DNA of 64,000 nucleotides from Myxococcota bacterium (GTDB taxonomy: Bacteria; Myxococcota_A; UBA9160; SZUA-336). Within the stretch, counting starts at the first letter, position 1, and each line of letters begins with the position of its first letter. This document shows positions 35,951-46,449 of the stretch, piece by piece. The stretch is taken from positions 96,894 through 160,893 of the forward strand of contig DATJZN010000056.1 in NCBI GenBank assembly GCA_035499075.1, given 5' to 3'. Below the pieces are notes generated by a model. It made no database searches and was not told the DNA's origin. It saw only the letters and a program-made list of their open reading frames with translations. The translations under genes were made by a program, and so were the position numbers.

Positions 35951-37678
35951 CTACGCGGCCGCCCCGTGTCGCAGCAGCTTGCCCGGCGTCGCGCCGGTGC
36001 ACTTGCCGTCTTCGAAGGTGAGCTCGCCGTTCACGAGCGTCCAGCGGTAGCCCTCGGCGCGCTGGATGCGGCGCCACTCGCCCGCCGGGAAGTCGTGCGC
36101 GATCTCGGAGTCCCACCAGTCGGGCACGCGGCGCAGCTTGGCGAGCTCGTAGACGACCACGTCCGCGGGCCAACCCTCGAGCAGCGCCCCGCGGTCGCGG
36201 AAGCCGGCGGCGCGCGCGGGCAGGTAGGACAGCTTGTAGTGCGCTTCCTCCAGCGTCATGCGCTTCTCGTCGCGCACCAGCCAAGCCAGCGTGTCGGTGG
36301 TGTACGAGCCCGAGGTCAGGAACTTGGTGTGCGCACCGCCGTCGGAGACGCCCGGGATGACGTAAGGAGAGGCGAGCAGCTCGCCCACGAACTCGGAGTT
36401 GTCGCTGGTCGCGCTCTTGGTGAGGAAGCCCGCGGTGAGGTCGCTCGCGAGCGAGAGCCGCACGGCGGCCTCGACTGGATGCACCCCGAGCTCCGCGGCG
36501 ACCTCGCCCACCGTCCGGCCGATCCAGCGGTCGAGCTCGGGCGCGTTCTTCGCGCCCTCGAACACGTGCCCCGCGATCGGGCCGCCGAGGATCGGCGTCT
36601 GCAACATGCCCGCGTCGGCTTCGGCGGCCATCGCGCGCACGAGCTCCGGATCGGCGAGCTTCGCGAGCTTCTCCTGGTGCGTGCCGGTGAGCGCCCGGTT
36701 CCAGGCCGGGCTCGAGTCGAACAGGTTCCAGTCCTCGAAGGTGAAGCGGAACGGCGCGCGGATCGAGTTCGCCTGGCCGAACATGGGAATGCCCCGCGCG
36801 TGGCAGCTCTCGAGCCACCGGACGAACATGCGGTGCACCCAGGGCAGCTCGTTCACGGCGAGCACCACGTTGAACAAGACCGGACGCCCCGCCGCGACCG
36901 CCACGTCCTCGCACAGCTTCAAGTCTTTCTCGAGCTCGCCCGTCGCGTTGGTGAGCTGGATGAAGCCCTCGCCGCGCCGCCCGAGCGCGCGCGCGAAGGC
37001 GAGCAGATCGCCCTCGCTCATGGTGTCGGTGACCATCGGCGTGCCGTCGAAGTCGGCCTGGATCGAGTGCGCGCCCGTCCGCTGCGCCGACCAGCCCAGC
37101 GCACCGGCGCTCATCGACTCGTCGAGCAGCGCGAGCATCCGCGCCATCTCGGCCTCGGTCGCGGGCCGGCGCTTCGCGTTCTCGAGGCCCATCGCGTAGG
37201 TCATGAGCGGCGCGAGCGGCAGGTAGGAGAGGCAGTTCACTCCCTTCGGGATGCGCTCGAGCGTCGACAGCCACTCGGGGAAGCTCTCCCAGTCCCAGAG
37301 CATGCCGGCGCGCATCGACGCCAGCGGGATGGCCTCGAGCCGCGACATGGAGAGCATCGCGCGCTCGCGCTCGGCCGGGCGCACCGGCGCGAAGCCGAAG
37401 CCGCAGTTGCCCAGCGCGACCGAGGTCACGCCGTGCCAGCCGGAGATCGTGCACCACGGGTCCCACTGGATCTGCGCGTCGTAGTGCGTGTGCAGGTCGA
37501 CGAAGCCGGGTGCGACGACCAGGCCGTCGGCGTCGAGCACGCGCGCGGCGTTCGACTTCGCGATCCGCCCGATCCGGGCGATGCGGCCGCCGCGAATGCC
37601 GACGTCGGCACGGAACGCGGGGAAGCGCGTGCCGTCGACGACGGTCCCCCCGGAGATGACGAGGTCGAACTCCGCCAC
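35951..37678 (-). CDS. N-acyl-D-amino-acid deacylase family amidohydrolase (D-aminoacylase)
   Basis: MAEFDLVISGGTVVDGT, GFVDLHTHYD metal-binding motif; size 575 aa typical of D-aminoacylases. Confidence 0.85.
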   Translation of the reverse strand: MAEFDLVISGGTVVDGTRFPAFRADVGIRGGRIARIGRIAKSNAARVLDADGLVVAPGFVDLHTHYDAQIQWDPWCTISGWHGVTSVALGNCGFGFAPVRPAERERAMLSMSRLEAIPLASMRAGMLWDWESFPEWLSTLERIPKGVNCLSYLPLAPLMTYAMGLENAKRRPATEAEMARMLALLDESMSAGALGWSAQRTGAHSIQADFDGTPMVTDTMSEGDLLAFARALGRRGEGFIQLTNATGELEKDLKLCEDVAVAAGRPVLFNVVLAVNELPWVHRMFVRWLESCHARGIPMFGQANSIRAPFRFTFEDWNLFDSSPAWNRALTGTHQEKLAKLADPELVRAMAAEADAGMLQTPILGGPIAGHVFEGAKNAPELDRWIGRTVGEVAAELGVHPVEAAVRLSLASDLTAGFLTKSATSDNSEFVGELLASPYVIPGVSDGGAHTKFLTSGSYTTDTLAWLVRDEKRMTLEEAHYKLSYLPARAAGFRDRGALLEGWPADVVVYELAKLRRVPDWWDSEIAHDFPAGEWRRIQRAEGYRWTLVNGELTFEDGKCTGATPGKLLRHGAAA

Positions 37679-37713
37679 GATTTCCCCTCCCTCCAGCGAG
37701 CGTTGCCGCGATT

Positions 37714-38187
37714 CTAGCGCGCGGCGGCCTCGAGCAGGCGGATCAGCTCGTCGGCGCTGGCCGGCGCCTCGACGCGCGAGATGTGCAGGCGGTCGAGCAC
37801 GAGTACGGTGGGCCGGCCCGACTGCGCGGGGAAGTCCGCCGTCTTCGCGCCGTCCTCGTCGACCAGCAGCCGGTACGGGCGGCGCCGCAGCGCGGGCAGC
37901 GCGAACCAGCTGCGCACGAGGCTCGACATGCCGGCGAGGTTCACGACGTACACAGAATGGTTTCGCTCGAACAGCGTCGGCCCCGCCTGCGCGACCGCCT
38001 GCTTCACGACGTCGCCGGCAGCCATGTCGCGGCAGTAGACGACGGCGCGCATGGTGGCATCGAGCCTCTGCACCTGGCCGTTCGCGTCGGGCAGCTCGAG
38101 CGCAGGCAGCACGCCGTCGGGCGCGTACGTGCCGGCGCGGGCGGTCGCGGCGGCGAAGAGCAACGCCACAGCGAGCGCGAGCCTCAC
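37714..38187 (-). CDS. secreted hypothetical protein (possible thioredoxin-like fold, no CxxC)
   Basis: GTG start overlapping qor stop (GTGA); signal peptide MRLALAVALLFAAATARA; 157 aa. Confidence 0.5.
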   Translation of the reverse strand: MRLALAVALLFAAATARAGTYAPDGVLPALELPDANGQVQRLDATMRAVVYCRDMAAGDVVKQAVAQAGPTLFERNHSVYVVNLAGMSSLVRSWFALPALRRRPYRLLVDEDGAKTADFPAQSGRPTVLVLDRLHISRVEAPASADELIRLLEAAAR

Positions 38188-39152
38188 GGCGTCAGCACGA
38201 CCTTGCCGGTCGTCGCGCGGCCCTCGAGCGCGCCGTGCGCGGCCCCGGCGTCGGCGAGCGGGAAGCGCGCGCCGATGCGCACCTGCAGCTTGCCCGCCGC
38301 GACGGCGCCGAGCACCTCGCCCGCGCGCAGCTCGAGCTCGGCGCGGTCGGCCGTGTAGTGCGCGAGCGACGGGCGCGTGATGAAGAGCGAGCCCAGGTCG
38401 TTGAGCAAGCGCAGCTCGAACGGCGCCACGGGCCCGCTCGACTGCCCGTACAGCACGAGCATGCCGCGCGGCCGCAGCGAGCGCAGGCTGCCCTCGAACG
38501 TGGTGCGGCCCACGGCGTCGTACACCACGTCGACGCCGCGGCCGTTCGTGAGCTTGCGCACCTCGGGCTGGAACTCGACCTCGCCGTAGCGGATCACGTG
38601 CGCGGCACCGGCCTCGCGCGCGAGCTTCTCCTTGTCGCCGGTCGAGCAGGTCGCGATCACGGTCGCGCCGAGCGCGTGCAGCATCTGCACGAGCAAGAGC
38701 CCCACGCCGCCCGCCGCCGCGTGCACGAGCGCCGTGTCGCCGCGCTTCGCGGGGAAGGTAGAGCGGCACAAGTAGTGCGCGGTCATGCCCTGCAGCATGG
38801 ACGCCGCGGCCACGTCGTCGGCGATGCCAGCGGGCACCTTCACGAGCCGGTCGACGGGCGCGACGACCTTCTCGGCGTACGAGCCCGGCGCCGACGCCCA
38901 CGCCACGCGGTCGCCGACGGCGAGCCCGCTCGCGCCCGGCCCGAGGGCCTCCACCACGCCCGCGCCCTCGAGACCCGACACGAACGGCAGCGGCCGCGGG
39001 TAGAGCCCGGTGCGGAAGTAGACGTCGATGAAGTTCACGCCGGCCGCACGCACGGCGATGCGCGCCTGCCCGGGCCCGGGCGCGCCGGGGTCGTGATCGC
39101 GCCACTCGAGCACCTCGGGGCCACCGGTCTTCGAGACGACGATTGCCTTCAT
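38184..39152 (-). CDS. qor: NADPH:quinone oxidoreductase (zinc-type alcohol dehydrogenase superfamily)
   Basis: MKAIVVSKTGGPEVLEW; Rossmann ALVHAAAGGVGLLLVQM; 322 aa. Confidence 0.85.
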   Translation of the reverse strand: MKAIVVSKTGGPEVLEWRDHDPGAPGPGQARIAVRAAGVNFIDVYFRTGLYPRPLPFVSGLEGAGVVEALGPGASGLAVGDRVAWASAPGSYAEKVVAPVDRLVKVPAGIADDVAAASMLQGMTAHYLCRSTFPAKRGDTALVHAAAGGVGLLLVQMLHALGATVIATCSTGDKEKLAREAGAAHVIRYGEVEFQPEVRKLTNGRGVDVVYDAVGRTTFEGSLRSLRPRGMLVLYGQSSGPVAPFELRLLNDLGSLFITRPSLAHYTADRAELELRAGEVLGAVAAGKLQVRIGARFPLADAGAAHGALEGRATTGKVVLTP

Positions 39153-39212
39153 GCGCGCCAGTCTACCGTGTACGATCGAGGCGGCGCGCCTCGCGCCACT
39201 GGAGGGTGTGTG

Positions 39213-39467
39213 ATGAAGCGAAGGTTCGGAATTCTCGCGTGCGGACTGCTCTTCGCCGGCTCGGCGGTCGCCGCCGACATGAAGACCTATCAGGTCACCG
39301 GCCCCGTGGTGTCGGTCACGAGTGACTCGATCGTCGTGAAGAAAGGCAAGGACGACTGGACGATCGCGAAGGACGCGGCCACCAAGGACCCGGGCGTGAA
39401 GCCGGGCGACAAGGTCACGATCCACTACAAGATGACCGCGACCGACATCGAGGTGAAGAAGAAGTAG
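39213..39467 (+). CDS. small secreted Lys-rich protein, function unknown
   Basis: GGAGGG RBS 5 nt upstream of ATG; signal peptide MKRRFGILACGLLFAGSAVAA; 84 aa; locally lower GC3. Confidence 0.5.
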   Translation: MKRRFGILACGLLFAGSAVAADMKTYQVTGPVVSVTSDSIVVKKGKDDWTIAKDAATKDPGVKPGDKVTIHYKMTATDIEVKKK

Positions 39468-39473
39468 GCGCGA

Positions 39474-40604
39474 TCAGCGCGGCGCGAGCGCCGCGAGCCG
39501 CTCGGCCGCCGCGAAGTAGTCTTCGACGAGGTCGTAGATCACTTCGCGGCACGAGCGGATCTCCTTCATGAGCCCGACGGTCTGCCCCACCGGGTTGAAG
39601 GCGACCCGCTGTGCGTGGCCCGAGCCGGCGTAGCGGCTCGTGCGCGCGATCGCGTCCATCGTGACCATGCCCTGCAGCGGCATGCCGAGCGGCTCGGGCG
39701 AGTCCTCGCCTTCCCACGCCTCCGTCCAGTCGTTCTTGAGCATGCGGCACGGCTTGCCCGTCCACGAGCGGGAGCGCACCGTGTCCTCGCTCGTGGCGCG
39801 CAGGTACGAGTCGAGCTGCGCGGGCTCGGCCGCGGCTTCTTCGACGGTGAGCCACAGCGAGCCGGTCCACACGCCCTGCGCGCCGAGCGCGAGCGCCGCG
39901 GCGATCTGCCGGCCGGTGCCGATGCCGCCCGCCGCGAGCACGGGCACCGGTGCGACGGCCTCGATCACCTGCGGCCACAGCACGACGCTGCCGATCTCGC
40001 CGGTGTGTCCGCCGCCTTCCGTGCCCTGCGCGATCACGATGTCGATGCCCGACTGCGCGTGGCGCACGGCCTGGTGCACCCTGCCGCACAGCGCGGCGAC
40101 GAGTCGCCCGCTCTGGTGCACCTGGTCGATCACGTCCTTCGGCGGCGTGCCCAGCGCGTTCGCGATGAGCCGCACCTTGTCGTGCTCGAGCGCCACGGCC
40201 ACCTGCGGCGCCGCGGTCGCGGCGGTCCAGCCGAGCAGCTCGCGCGCGCGGTTGTCGGGCGGAAGCTCTGGCACGCCGTGGTCGGCGAGCAGCTTGGCCG
40301 CGAACTCGCGGTGGCGCAGCGGGATCATCTCGCGCAGGTGCTCTTCGAGCTTTGCCGGATCGACCTCGCCCATCCCCTCGTACTTCTGCGGGATCACGAG
40401 GTCGACGCCGTACGGCTTGTTCCCGACGTGCTCGTCGATCCAGCGGCACTCGACCTCGAGCTGCTCGGGCGAGAAGCCCACCGCACCCAGCACGCCGAAG
40501 CCGCCGGCTTGCGACACCGCCGCGACCACGTCGCGGCAGTGCGTGAATGCGAAGATGGGGAACTCGATGCCGAGGCGGTCACAGATCTCGGTGTGCATGT
40601 GCAC
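39474..40604 (-). CDS. nitronate monooxygenase (NMO/FabK-like FMN-dependent enzyme)
   Basis: NMO family blocks GIEFPIFAFTH, IVIAQGTEGGGHTG, VLAAGGIGTG; 376 aa. Confidence 0.8.
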   Translation of the reverse strand: MHMHTEICDRLGIEFPIFAFTHCRDVVAAVSQAGGFGVLGAVGFSPEQLEVECRWIDEHVGNKPYGVDLVIPQKYEGMGEVDPAKLEEHLREMIPLRHREFAAKLLADHGVPELPPDNRARELLGWTAATAAPQVAVALEHDKVRLIANALGTPPKDVIDQVHQSGRLVAALCGRVHQAVRHAQSGIDIVIAQGTEGGGHTGEIGSVVLWPQVIEAVAPVPVLAAGGIGTGRQIAAALALGAQGVWTGSLWLTVEEAAAEPAQLDSYLRATSEDTVRSRSWTGKPCRMLKNDWTEAWEGEDSPEPLGMPLQGMVTMDAIARTSRYAGSGHAQRVAFNPVGQTVGLMKEIRSCREVIYDLVEDYFAAAERLAALAPR

Positions 40605-40652
40605 CTCCCGTGGGGAGCGGGATTATAACGTGTTTCAATCTCGGAGTTCCGC

Positions 40653-41810
40653 GTGTCGGCGTTCCTGACGGCGCTCGCGCTGGCCGCCTGGCTGTACCTG
40701 GTGTTCGCCCGCGGACGCTTCTGGACGGCCGAGGTGCGCCTGGACGGGCGCGCGCGCGAGCCGGCGCGCTGGCCGGACGTGGTGGCGGTCGTCCCGGCGC
40801 GCGACGAGGCCGCGCTCCTGCCGCGCACCCTGCCCGCGCTGCTGGGCCAGGAGTACGCGGGCCAGCTGCGCATCGTCCTGGTCGACGACGAGAGCGCGGA
40901 CGGGACCGCCGACGCCGCGCGCGCGGCGGCGCGGGCGCACCCGAACGGCGCACGGCTCGAGGTGGTGCGCACGTCCGCGCGGCCGGGCGGCTGGGTCGGC
41001 AAGATGTGGGCGGTCGAGACCGGCGTATCCACGGCGCAGGCGGCAGATGCGCCGACCTGGTGGTGGCTCACCGACGCCGACGTGCTGCACGCGCCCGACA
41101 CGCTGGCGCGGCTCGTGGCGAAGGGCGAGAGCGAGCGCCTCGACCTGGTCTCGCTCATGGTGAAGCTCGACCGCGGCATGGGCTGGAACGCGCTGCTCGT
41201 GCCCGCGTTCGTGTACTTCTTCCAGCAGCTCTACCCGTTCCCGCTGGTGAACGACCCGGGCTCGCGCGTGGCGGCCGCGGCGGGCGGCTGCGTGCTGGTG
41301 CGCGCCGACGCGCTCGCGCGCGCGGGCGGGATCCCGGCGCTGCGCGGCGAGGTGATCGACGACTGCGCGCTGGGCCGCGCGGTGAAGGCCCAGGGCGCGA
41401 TCTGGCTCGGCCTCGCGGACCGCGAGGAGTCCGTGCGTCCCTACGACAGCGTCGACGACGTGTGGAACATGGTGGCGCGCAGCGCCTACACACAACTGCG
41501 TCACTCGCCGCTCTTGCTGGCGGGCACGCTCGCCGGACTCGCCCTGCTCTACGCGGTGCCGCCGCTCGGCGCGCTGGCGTGGGGGTTCGGCGGCGGCGAC
41601 GCCACGGGCGTGTTCGGCGCGTCGGCGTGGCTGCTGCAGGCGGCGTCGTTCGTGCCGACGCTCGCGCTGTACAAGCGCTCGCCCTGGCTGGCGCTCGCGC
41701 TGCCCGCTGCGGGCGCGTTCTACGCGGCCATGACCTTCGACTCCGCCCAGCGGCACTGGCGCGACCAGGGCGCCACGTGGAAGGGCCGCACGGGCGCGGG
41801 CGCCGACTAG
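40653..41810 (+). CDS. membrane-anchored glycosyltransferase family 2 (HpnB-like)
   Basis: GTG start; N-terminal TM, GT2 motifs VVAVVPARDEA, VLVDDESADGT, and C-terminal multi-TM tail as in HpnB-type GTs. Confidence 0.7.
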   Translation: MSAFLTALALAAWLYLVFARGRFWTAEVRLDGRAREPARWPDVVAVVPARDEAALLPRTLPALLGQEYAGQLRIVLVDDESADGTADAARAAARAHPNGARLEVVRTSARPGGWVGKMWAVETGVSTAQAADAPTWWWLTDADVLHAPDTLARLVAKGESERLDLVSLMVKLDRGMGWNALLVPAFVYFFQQLYPFPLVNDPGSRVAAAAGGCVLVRADALARAGGIPALRGEVIDDCALGRAVKAQGAIWLGLADREESVRPYDSVDDVWNMVARSAYTQLRHSPLLLAGTLAGLALLYAVPPLGALAWGFGGGDATGVFGASAWLLQAASFVPTLALYKRSPWLALALPAAGAFYAAMTFDSAQRHWRDQGATWKGRTGAGAD

Positions 41811-43054
41811 CCCAGCGCTTCCCGCCGGTCCTGCAGGAAGCGCTGTACCGCCGCGTCGCGCTCGAGGCCCAGCGCGAGCGAGTAGGCGCGCCGCGCCTCG
41901 TCGCGCGCGCCGGTGCGCGCCAGGAGCTGCGCGCGCGCCGCCCAGTACGGCTGGTACTCGACGAGCCGGCGGTCGGCCCCGATCTCGTCGAGCGCCAGGA
42001 GCGCGGCCTCGGGGCCCTTCACCTCGCCGAGCGCGACCGCGCGATTCAGCGCGACCACCGGCGAGCCGGACAGCGCGAGCAGCGCGTCGTACAGCGCGAG
42101 CACCTCCGCCCAGTTCGCGACTCCCGCGCGGCGCCGGTGCACGTGCGCCGACTGCAGCGCGGCCTCGAGCTGATAGCGGCCGATCGCGCCGTGCGCGCTC
42201 GCCGCGTGGAGCAGCGCCTCGGCCTCGTCGATCAGCGCCGCGTCCCAGCGCGCGGGGTCCTGCGCATCGAGCGGCACGTACTCGCCGTTCGCGTCGCGGC
42301 GCGCGGCGCGGCGCGCCTCCGCGTAGAGCATCATCGCGAGCAGGCCGAGCGCCTCGGGCTCGCCGGGCAGGAGCTCGACGACGAGCCGCCCCAGATCGAT
42401 GCCCTCGTCGGCCAGCTCGCGCCGCGCGACGTCGGCGCCGGCCGCATCGGCCCAGCCCTCCGCGAACGCGGCATAGATCGCCTCGAGCACCGCCTCGAGG
42501 CGCGCCGCGAGCTCGGCGCGCTCGGGCACGCGCAGCGGAATTCCGGCGCGGCGGATCTTCTGCTTCGCGCGCACGAGCCGCTGGCCCATCGCCGCGGGCG
42601 CCACCAGGAACGCCGACGCGATCGCCGCCGCGTCGAGCCCGACGACGACCTGCAGCATGAGCGGCGCGCGGATGCCCGCATCGAGCGCCGGGTGCGCGCA
42701 CGCGAACATGAGCGCGAGCCGCTCGTCGGGGATCTCGGGCGCATCGGGCGCCCGGTCGAGCTCGTCGCCGAGCCGCAGGATCTGCGCGGCCACCGCTTCG
42801 CCGCGCGCGCGCTTGCGCGACACGTCGACGAGCTTGCGGCGCGCGACCGTGAGCAGCCACGCCTCGGGCCGCGCGGGGCAGCCGTGCTTGGGCCAGTCGG
42901 CCAGCGCCGAGGCGAACGCTTCGCTGAGCGCGTCCTCGGCGCCGGCCAAATCGCGCGTGTGCGCGGCGAGCAGCGCGACGAGCTTGCCGTAGCTGCGCCG
43001 CGCGGCCGCTTCCGCAGCGACTCGCGCTTCGACAGCGCGAGCGTCGGAAGTCAC
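41807..43054 (-). CDS. RNA polymerase sigma-70 factor, ECF subfamily, with long C-terminal TPR-like extension (DUF6596-type)
   Basis: sigma2 region AEDALSEAFASALADW...PEAWLLTVARRKLVD; sigma4 IASAFLVAPAAMGQRLVRAKQKIR; about 280-aa helical C-terminal extension; GTG start (ORF also open to 43102). Confidence 0.7.
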   Translation of the reverse strand: MTSDARAVEARVAAEAAARRSYGKLVALLAAHTRDLAGAEDALSEAFASALADWPKHGCPARPEAWLLTVARRKLVDVSRKRARGEAVAAQILRLGDELDRAPDAPEIPDERLALMFACAHPALDAGIRAPLMLQVVVGLDAAAIASAFLVAPAAMGQRLVRAKQKIRRAGIPLRVPERAELAARLEAVLEAIYAAFAEGWADAAGADVARRELADEGIDLGRLVVELLPGEPEALGLLAMMLYAEARRAARRDANGEYVPLDAQDPARWDAALIDEAEALLHAASAHGAIGRYQLEAALQSAHVHRRRAGVANWAEVLALYDALLALSGSPVVALNRAVALGEVKGPEAALLALDEIGADRRLVEYQPYWAARAQLLARTGARDEARRAYSLALGLERDAAVQRFLQDRREALG

Positions 43055-43055
43055 C

Positions 43056-43403
43056 TCACATCGCCCAGATCGGCCGCACTTCGATGACGCCGCCCTGCGC
43101 ACCCGGACAGCGCGCCGCCCACGAAAGCGCGGCGTCCAGGTCCGGCACGTCGATCAGGAAGTAGCCGCCGAGCTGCTCCTTCGTGTCGGCGTACGGGCCG
43201 TTCAGCACCTGCGTCTTGCCGTCGGCCACGCGCACGGTCGTCGCGGTGTGCGTCGGCTGCAGGCGCGCGGAGCCGGCGTCCGCCCCCGCTTTCTTGATGG
43301 CGTCCGCGTACGCGAGGTATGCCTCGGTCGTGCGCTTGATCACGTCGGGCGGCCGCTGCGCGTAGGCCTTCTCGTCGGAATAGATCATGAGCAGGTATTG
43401 CAT
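43056..43403 (-). CDS. YciI-like (DGPF domain) protein, sigma-factor-associated
   Basis: MQYLLMIYSDE...GGYFLIDVPDLDAALSWAARCP hallmark of the YCII/DGPF family; immediately upstream of the ECF sigma gene. Confidence 0.75.
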   Translation of the reverse strand: MQYLLMIYSDEKAYAQRPPDVIKRTTEAYLAYADAIKKAGADAGSARLQPTHTATTVRVADGKTQVLNGPYADTKEQLGGYFLIDVPDLDAALSWAARCPGAQGGVIEVRPIWAM

Positions 43404-43479
43404 GTCGTTCTCCGTCGGGTTCCGGCGGGCATCATGCACCGCCGAACTCATGACGTCCGGGCCGGGCCGATTTCGACAG

Positions 43480-44529
43480 TCAGGGCCGCGCTTCGAGCAC
43501 GATGTTGAACGGGGTGTCCGTGGCGCGGCGCACGCGCGTGAAGCCGGCCTGCTTCAGCACGTCGGTGAGCCGCTTCTCGCCCGCCTGCGCGCCGAGCGCG
43601 GCGCCGACCTCCTGCGAGAGCGACGCCTGCGTGCAGACGAGGGTCGACACCGAGTAGAAGAGACGCCCGAGCGGGTGCAGGTTCTCGTGCACGTGGTCGC
43701 CCGCGCGCGGCTCGACGAGCAGCCAGGTGCCGTCGCGGCCGAGTGACTCGCGCACGTGAGCCGCGGCGCCGACCGGATCGCCCATGTCGTGCAGGCAGTC
43801 GAAGCATGCGACCAGGTCGTACTGGCCCGGGAAGTCCTTCGCGCTCGCGACCTCGAAGCGGATGCGGTCGGCGACCCCGGCCTCCTTCGCGCGCTCGCGC
43901 GCGCGCTCGATCGACGGCGCGTGGTAGTCGAAGCCGGCGAAGCTCGACTTCGGGAACGCCTTGGCGAGGATGATCGTCGACGCGCCGTGGCCGCAGCCGA
44001 CGTCCGCGACGCGCGCGCCCTTCTCGAGCTTCGCCTTCACGCCTTCGAGCGCAGGGATCCACGACGCGACCAGGTTCGCGTTGTAGCCGGGCCGGAAGAA
44101 CCGCTCGGTGCCGGCGAACAGCTCGGGATCGTGCTCGTGCCAACCGACGCCCTTCCCGGTCCTGAACGCCTCGGTGACCTTCCCCGTCGCGCGGATCGCG
44201 GCCGACATGCCCTGGAAGCCGCCGAGCACACAGGCGGGGCTGTCGTCGTCGGTCAGCGCGATGGCGTGCTCCTCGCACAGCGCGTACTTGCCGGTCTTCG
44301 CGTCGTAGTCGACATAGCCCGCCGCGGCCTGTGCGTTCAGCCACTCGCGCACCGAGCGCTCGTGGAGGCCGGTCTTCGCCGCGAGCTCCGCCGAGGACAG
44401 CCAGCCGGCGCCGGCCAGCCCGCGGTAGAGGCCGAGCTTGTCGCCGATGACGACCAGCGCAGCCGTCAGGGCCGCGCCCAGATCTCCCACGGCCTGGTTC
44501 ACGAACGCTTCGAGCTTCGCCGGGTCCAT
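43480..44529 (-). CDS. class I SAM-dependent methyltransferase with N-terminal winged-helix domain
   Basis: SAM motif I VADVGCGHGASTI; GGAGGAGG RBS upstream of ATG; 349 aa. Confidence 0.8.
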   Translation of the reverse strand: MDPAKLEAFVNQAVGDLGAALTAALVVIGDKLGLYRGLAGAGWLSSAELAAKTGLHERSVREWLNAQAAAGYVDYDAKTGKYALCEEHAIALTDDDSPACVLGGFQGMSAAIRATGKVTEAFRTGKGVGWHEHDPELFAGTERFFRPGYNANLVASWIPALEGVKAKLEKGARVADVGCGHGASTIILAKAFPKSSFAGFDYHAPSIERARERAKEAGVADRIRFEVASAKDFPGQYDLVACFDCLHDMGDPVGAAAHVRESLGRDGTWLLVEPRAGDHVHENLHPLGRLFYSVSTLVCTQASLSQEVGAALGAQAGEKRLTDVLKQAGFTRVRRATDTPFNIVLEARP

Positions 44530-44564
44530 GTCGCGTCCTCCTCCACTTCCGAGTGTAAGGCCAG

Positions 44565-45394
44565 CTAGCGCCCCTTGAACACGGGCGTGCGCTTCTCGAC
44601 GAACGCCTTGGCGGCCTCGCGATGGTCCTCGGTCAGGCCCGTGTGGACGTGGTGCGTGGCCTCGAGGTCGAGACACTCCTCGGCGCTCGCGCCCTCCTGC
44701 GCCCGGTTCAGGTTCTCCTTCATGTACCGGTACGCCACCGTGGCACCCGCGGCGATGCGCGCGGCGAGCGCGCGCGTCTCGGCCTCGAGCGCGGCGTCGG
44801 GCACGACGCGGTTCACCAGCCCGAGGCGCTCGGCCTCCTTCGCGTCGACGCGATCGGACAGGTAGTAGAGCTCGCGCGCCTTGGCGGCGCCGACCAGGTG
44901 CGTGAGGAAGTACGTGCCGCCGTAGTCGCCGCTGAAGCCGACCTTCGCGAAGGCGGTGGTGAGGACCGCGCTCTCGGCCGCGATGCGCAGGTCGCACGCC
45001 AGCGCGAGCGACAGCCCAGCGCCCGCGGCCGCGCCGGGCAGCGCCGCGATCACGGGCTTGGGCATGCGGAAGATCCGGCCCGCCGTCTCGCGCTGCGAGA
45101 GCCGCTGGCGGTGGATGCGCTCGTCGAGCGTCGCACCCGCGCCGCCGCGGTTCGCGCCCGCCGCCATGCCCTTCACGTCGCCGCCGGCGCAGAACGCGCC
45201 GCCTGCGCCGGTGAGCACCAGACAGCGCACGTCGGCCGACGTCTCGGCTTCGCGCAGCGCCGCGGCCATCCCGCGCAGCATCTCGTCCGACAGCGCGTTG
45301 CGCCGCTCGGGCCGGTTCATCACGAGATAGGCGACGCCGTCCTCGATCTTCGCGTGCAGGTGATCCGTGCCGGTGTCGAGCGCGCGCGCCTCCG

Positions 45395-45398
<4 letters not shown>
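44565..45398 (-). CDS. enoyl-CoA hydratase/isomerase family protein
   Basis: Crotonase blocks LTGAGGAFCAGGDVK, ALPGAAAGAGLSLALACDLRIAAE; 277 aa. Confidence 0.85.
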
Positions 45399-46327
<929 letters not shown>

Positions 46328-46449
46328 CGCGCATGCTCGGACCGACCGGCCAGGCGTGTCAAGCTGAGGCTACGCTCGCCTGCGGCTCGCTGCGCGCGCC
46401 TTCGGCGCTTGCGGCCTCGCTCAGGGCGGCCTTCGCTCGGCCCCGCACA

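Noticed and set aside
29104-36050. Two enormous ORFs (1861 aa on the minus strand at 29104-34689, and 1811 aa on the plus strand at 30615-36050) overlapping the 2043-codon gene
   Set aside because: Translations are Arg/Ala/Gly-rich low-complexity with no motifs. They are the expected alternate-frame and antisense shadows of a 70% GC coding region. Only the 29751-35882 frame carries recognisable domains.
40653-41810. Calling the membrane GT2 a hopanoid HpnB
   Set aside because: Architecture resembles HpnB, but no squalene-hopene cyclase or other hpn genes are nearby. Called only HpnB-like.
40547-43102. 846-aa plus-strand and 741-aa minus-strand ORFs overlapping the HpnB-like GT2 and ECF sigma genes
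   Set aside because: No domains. Antisense or alternate frames of genes that do have clear motifs.
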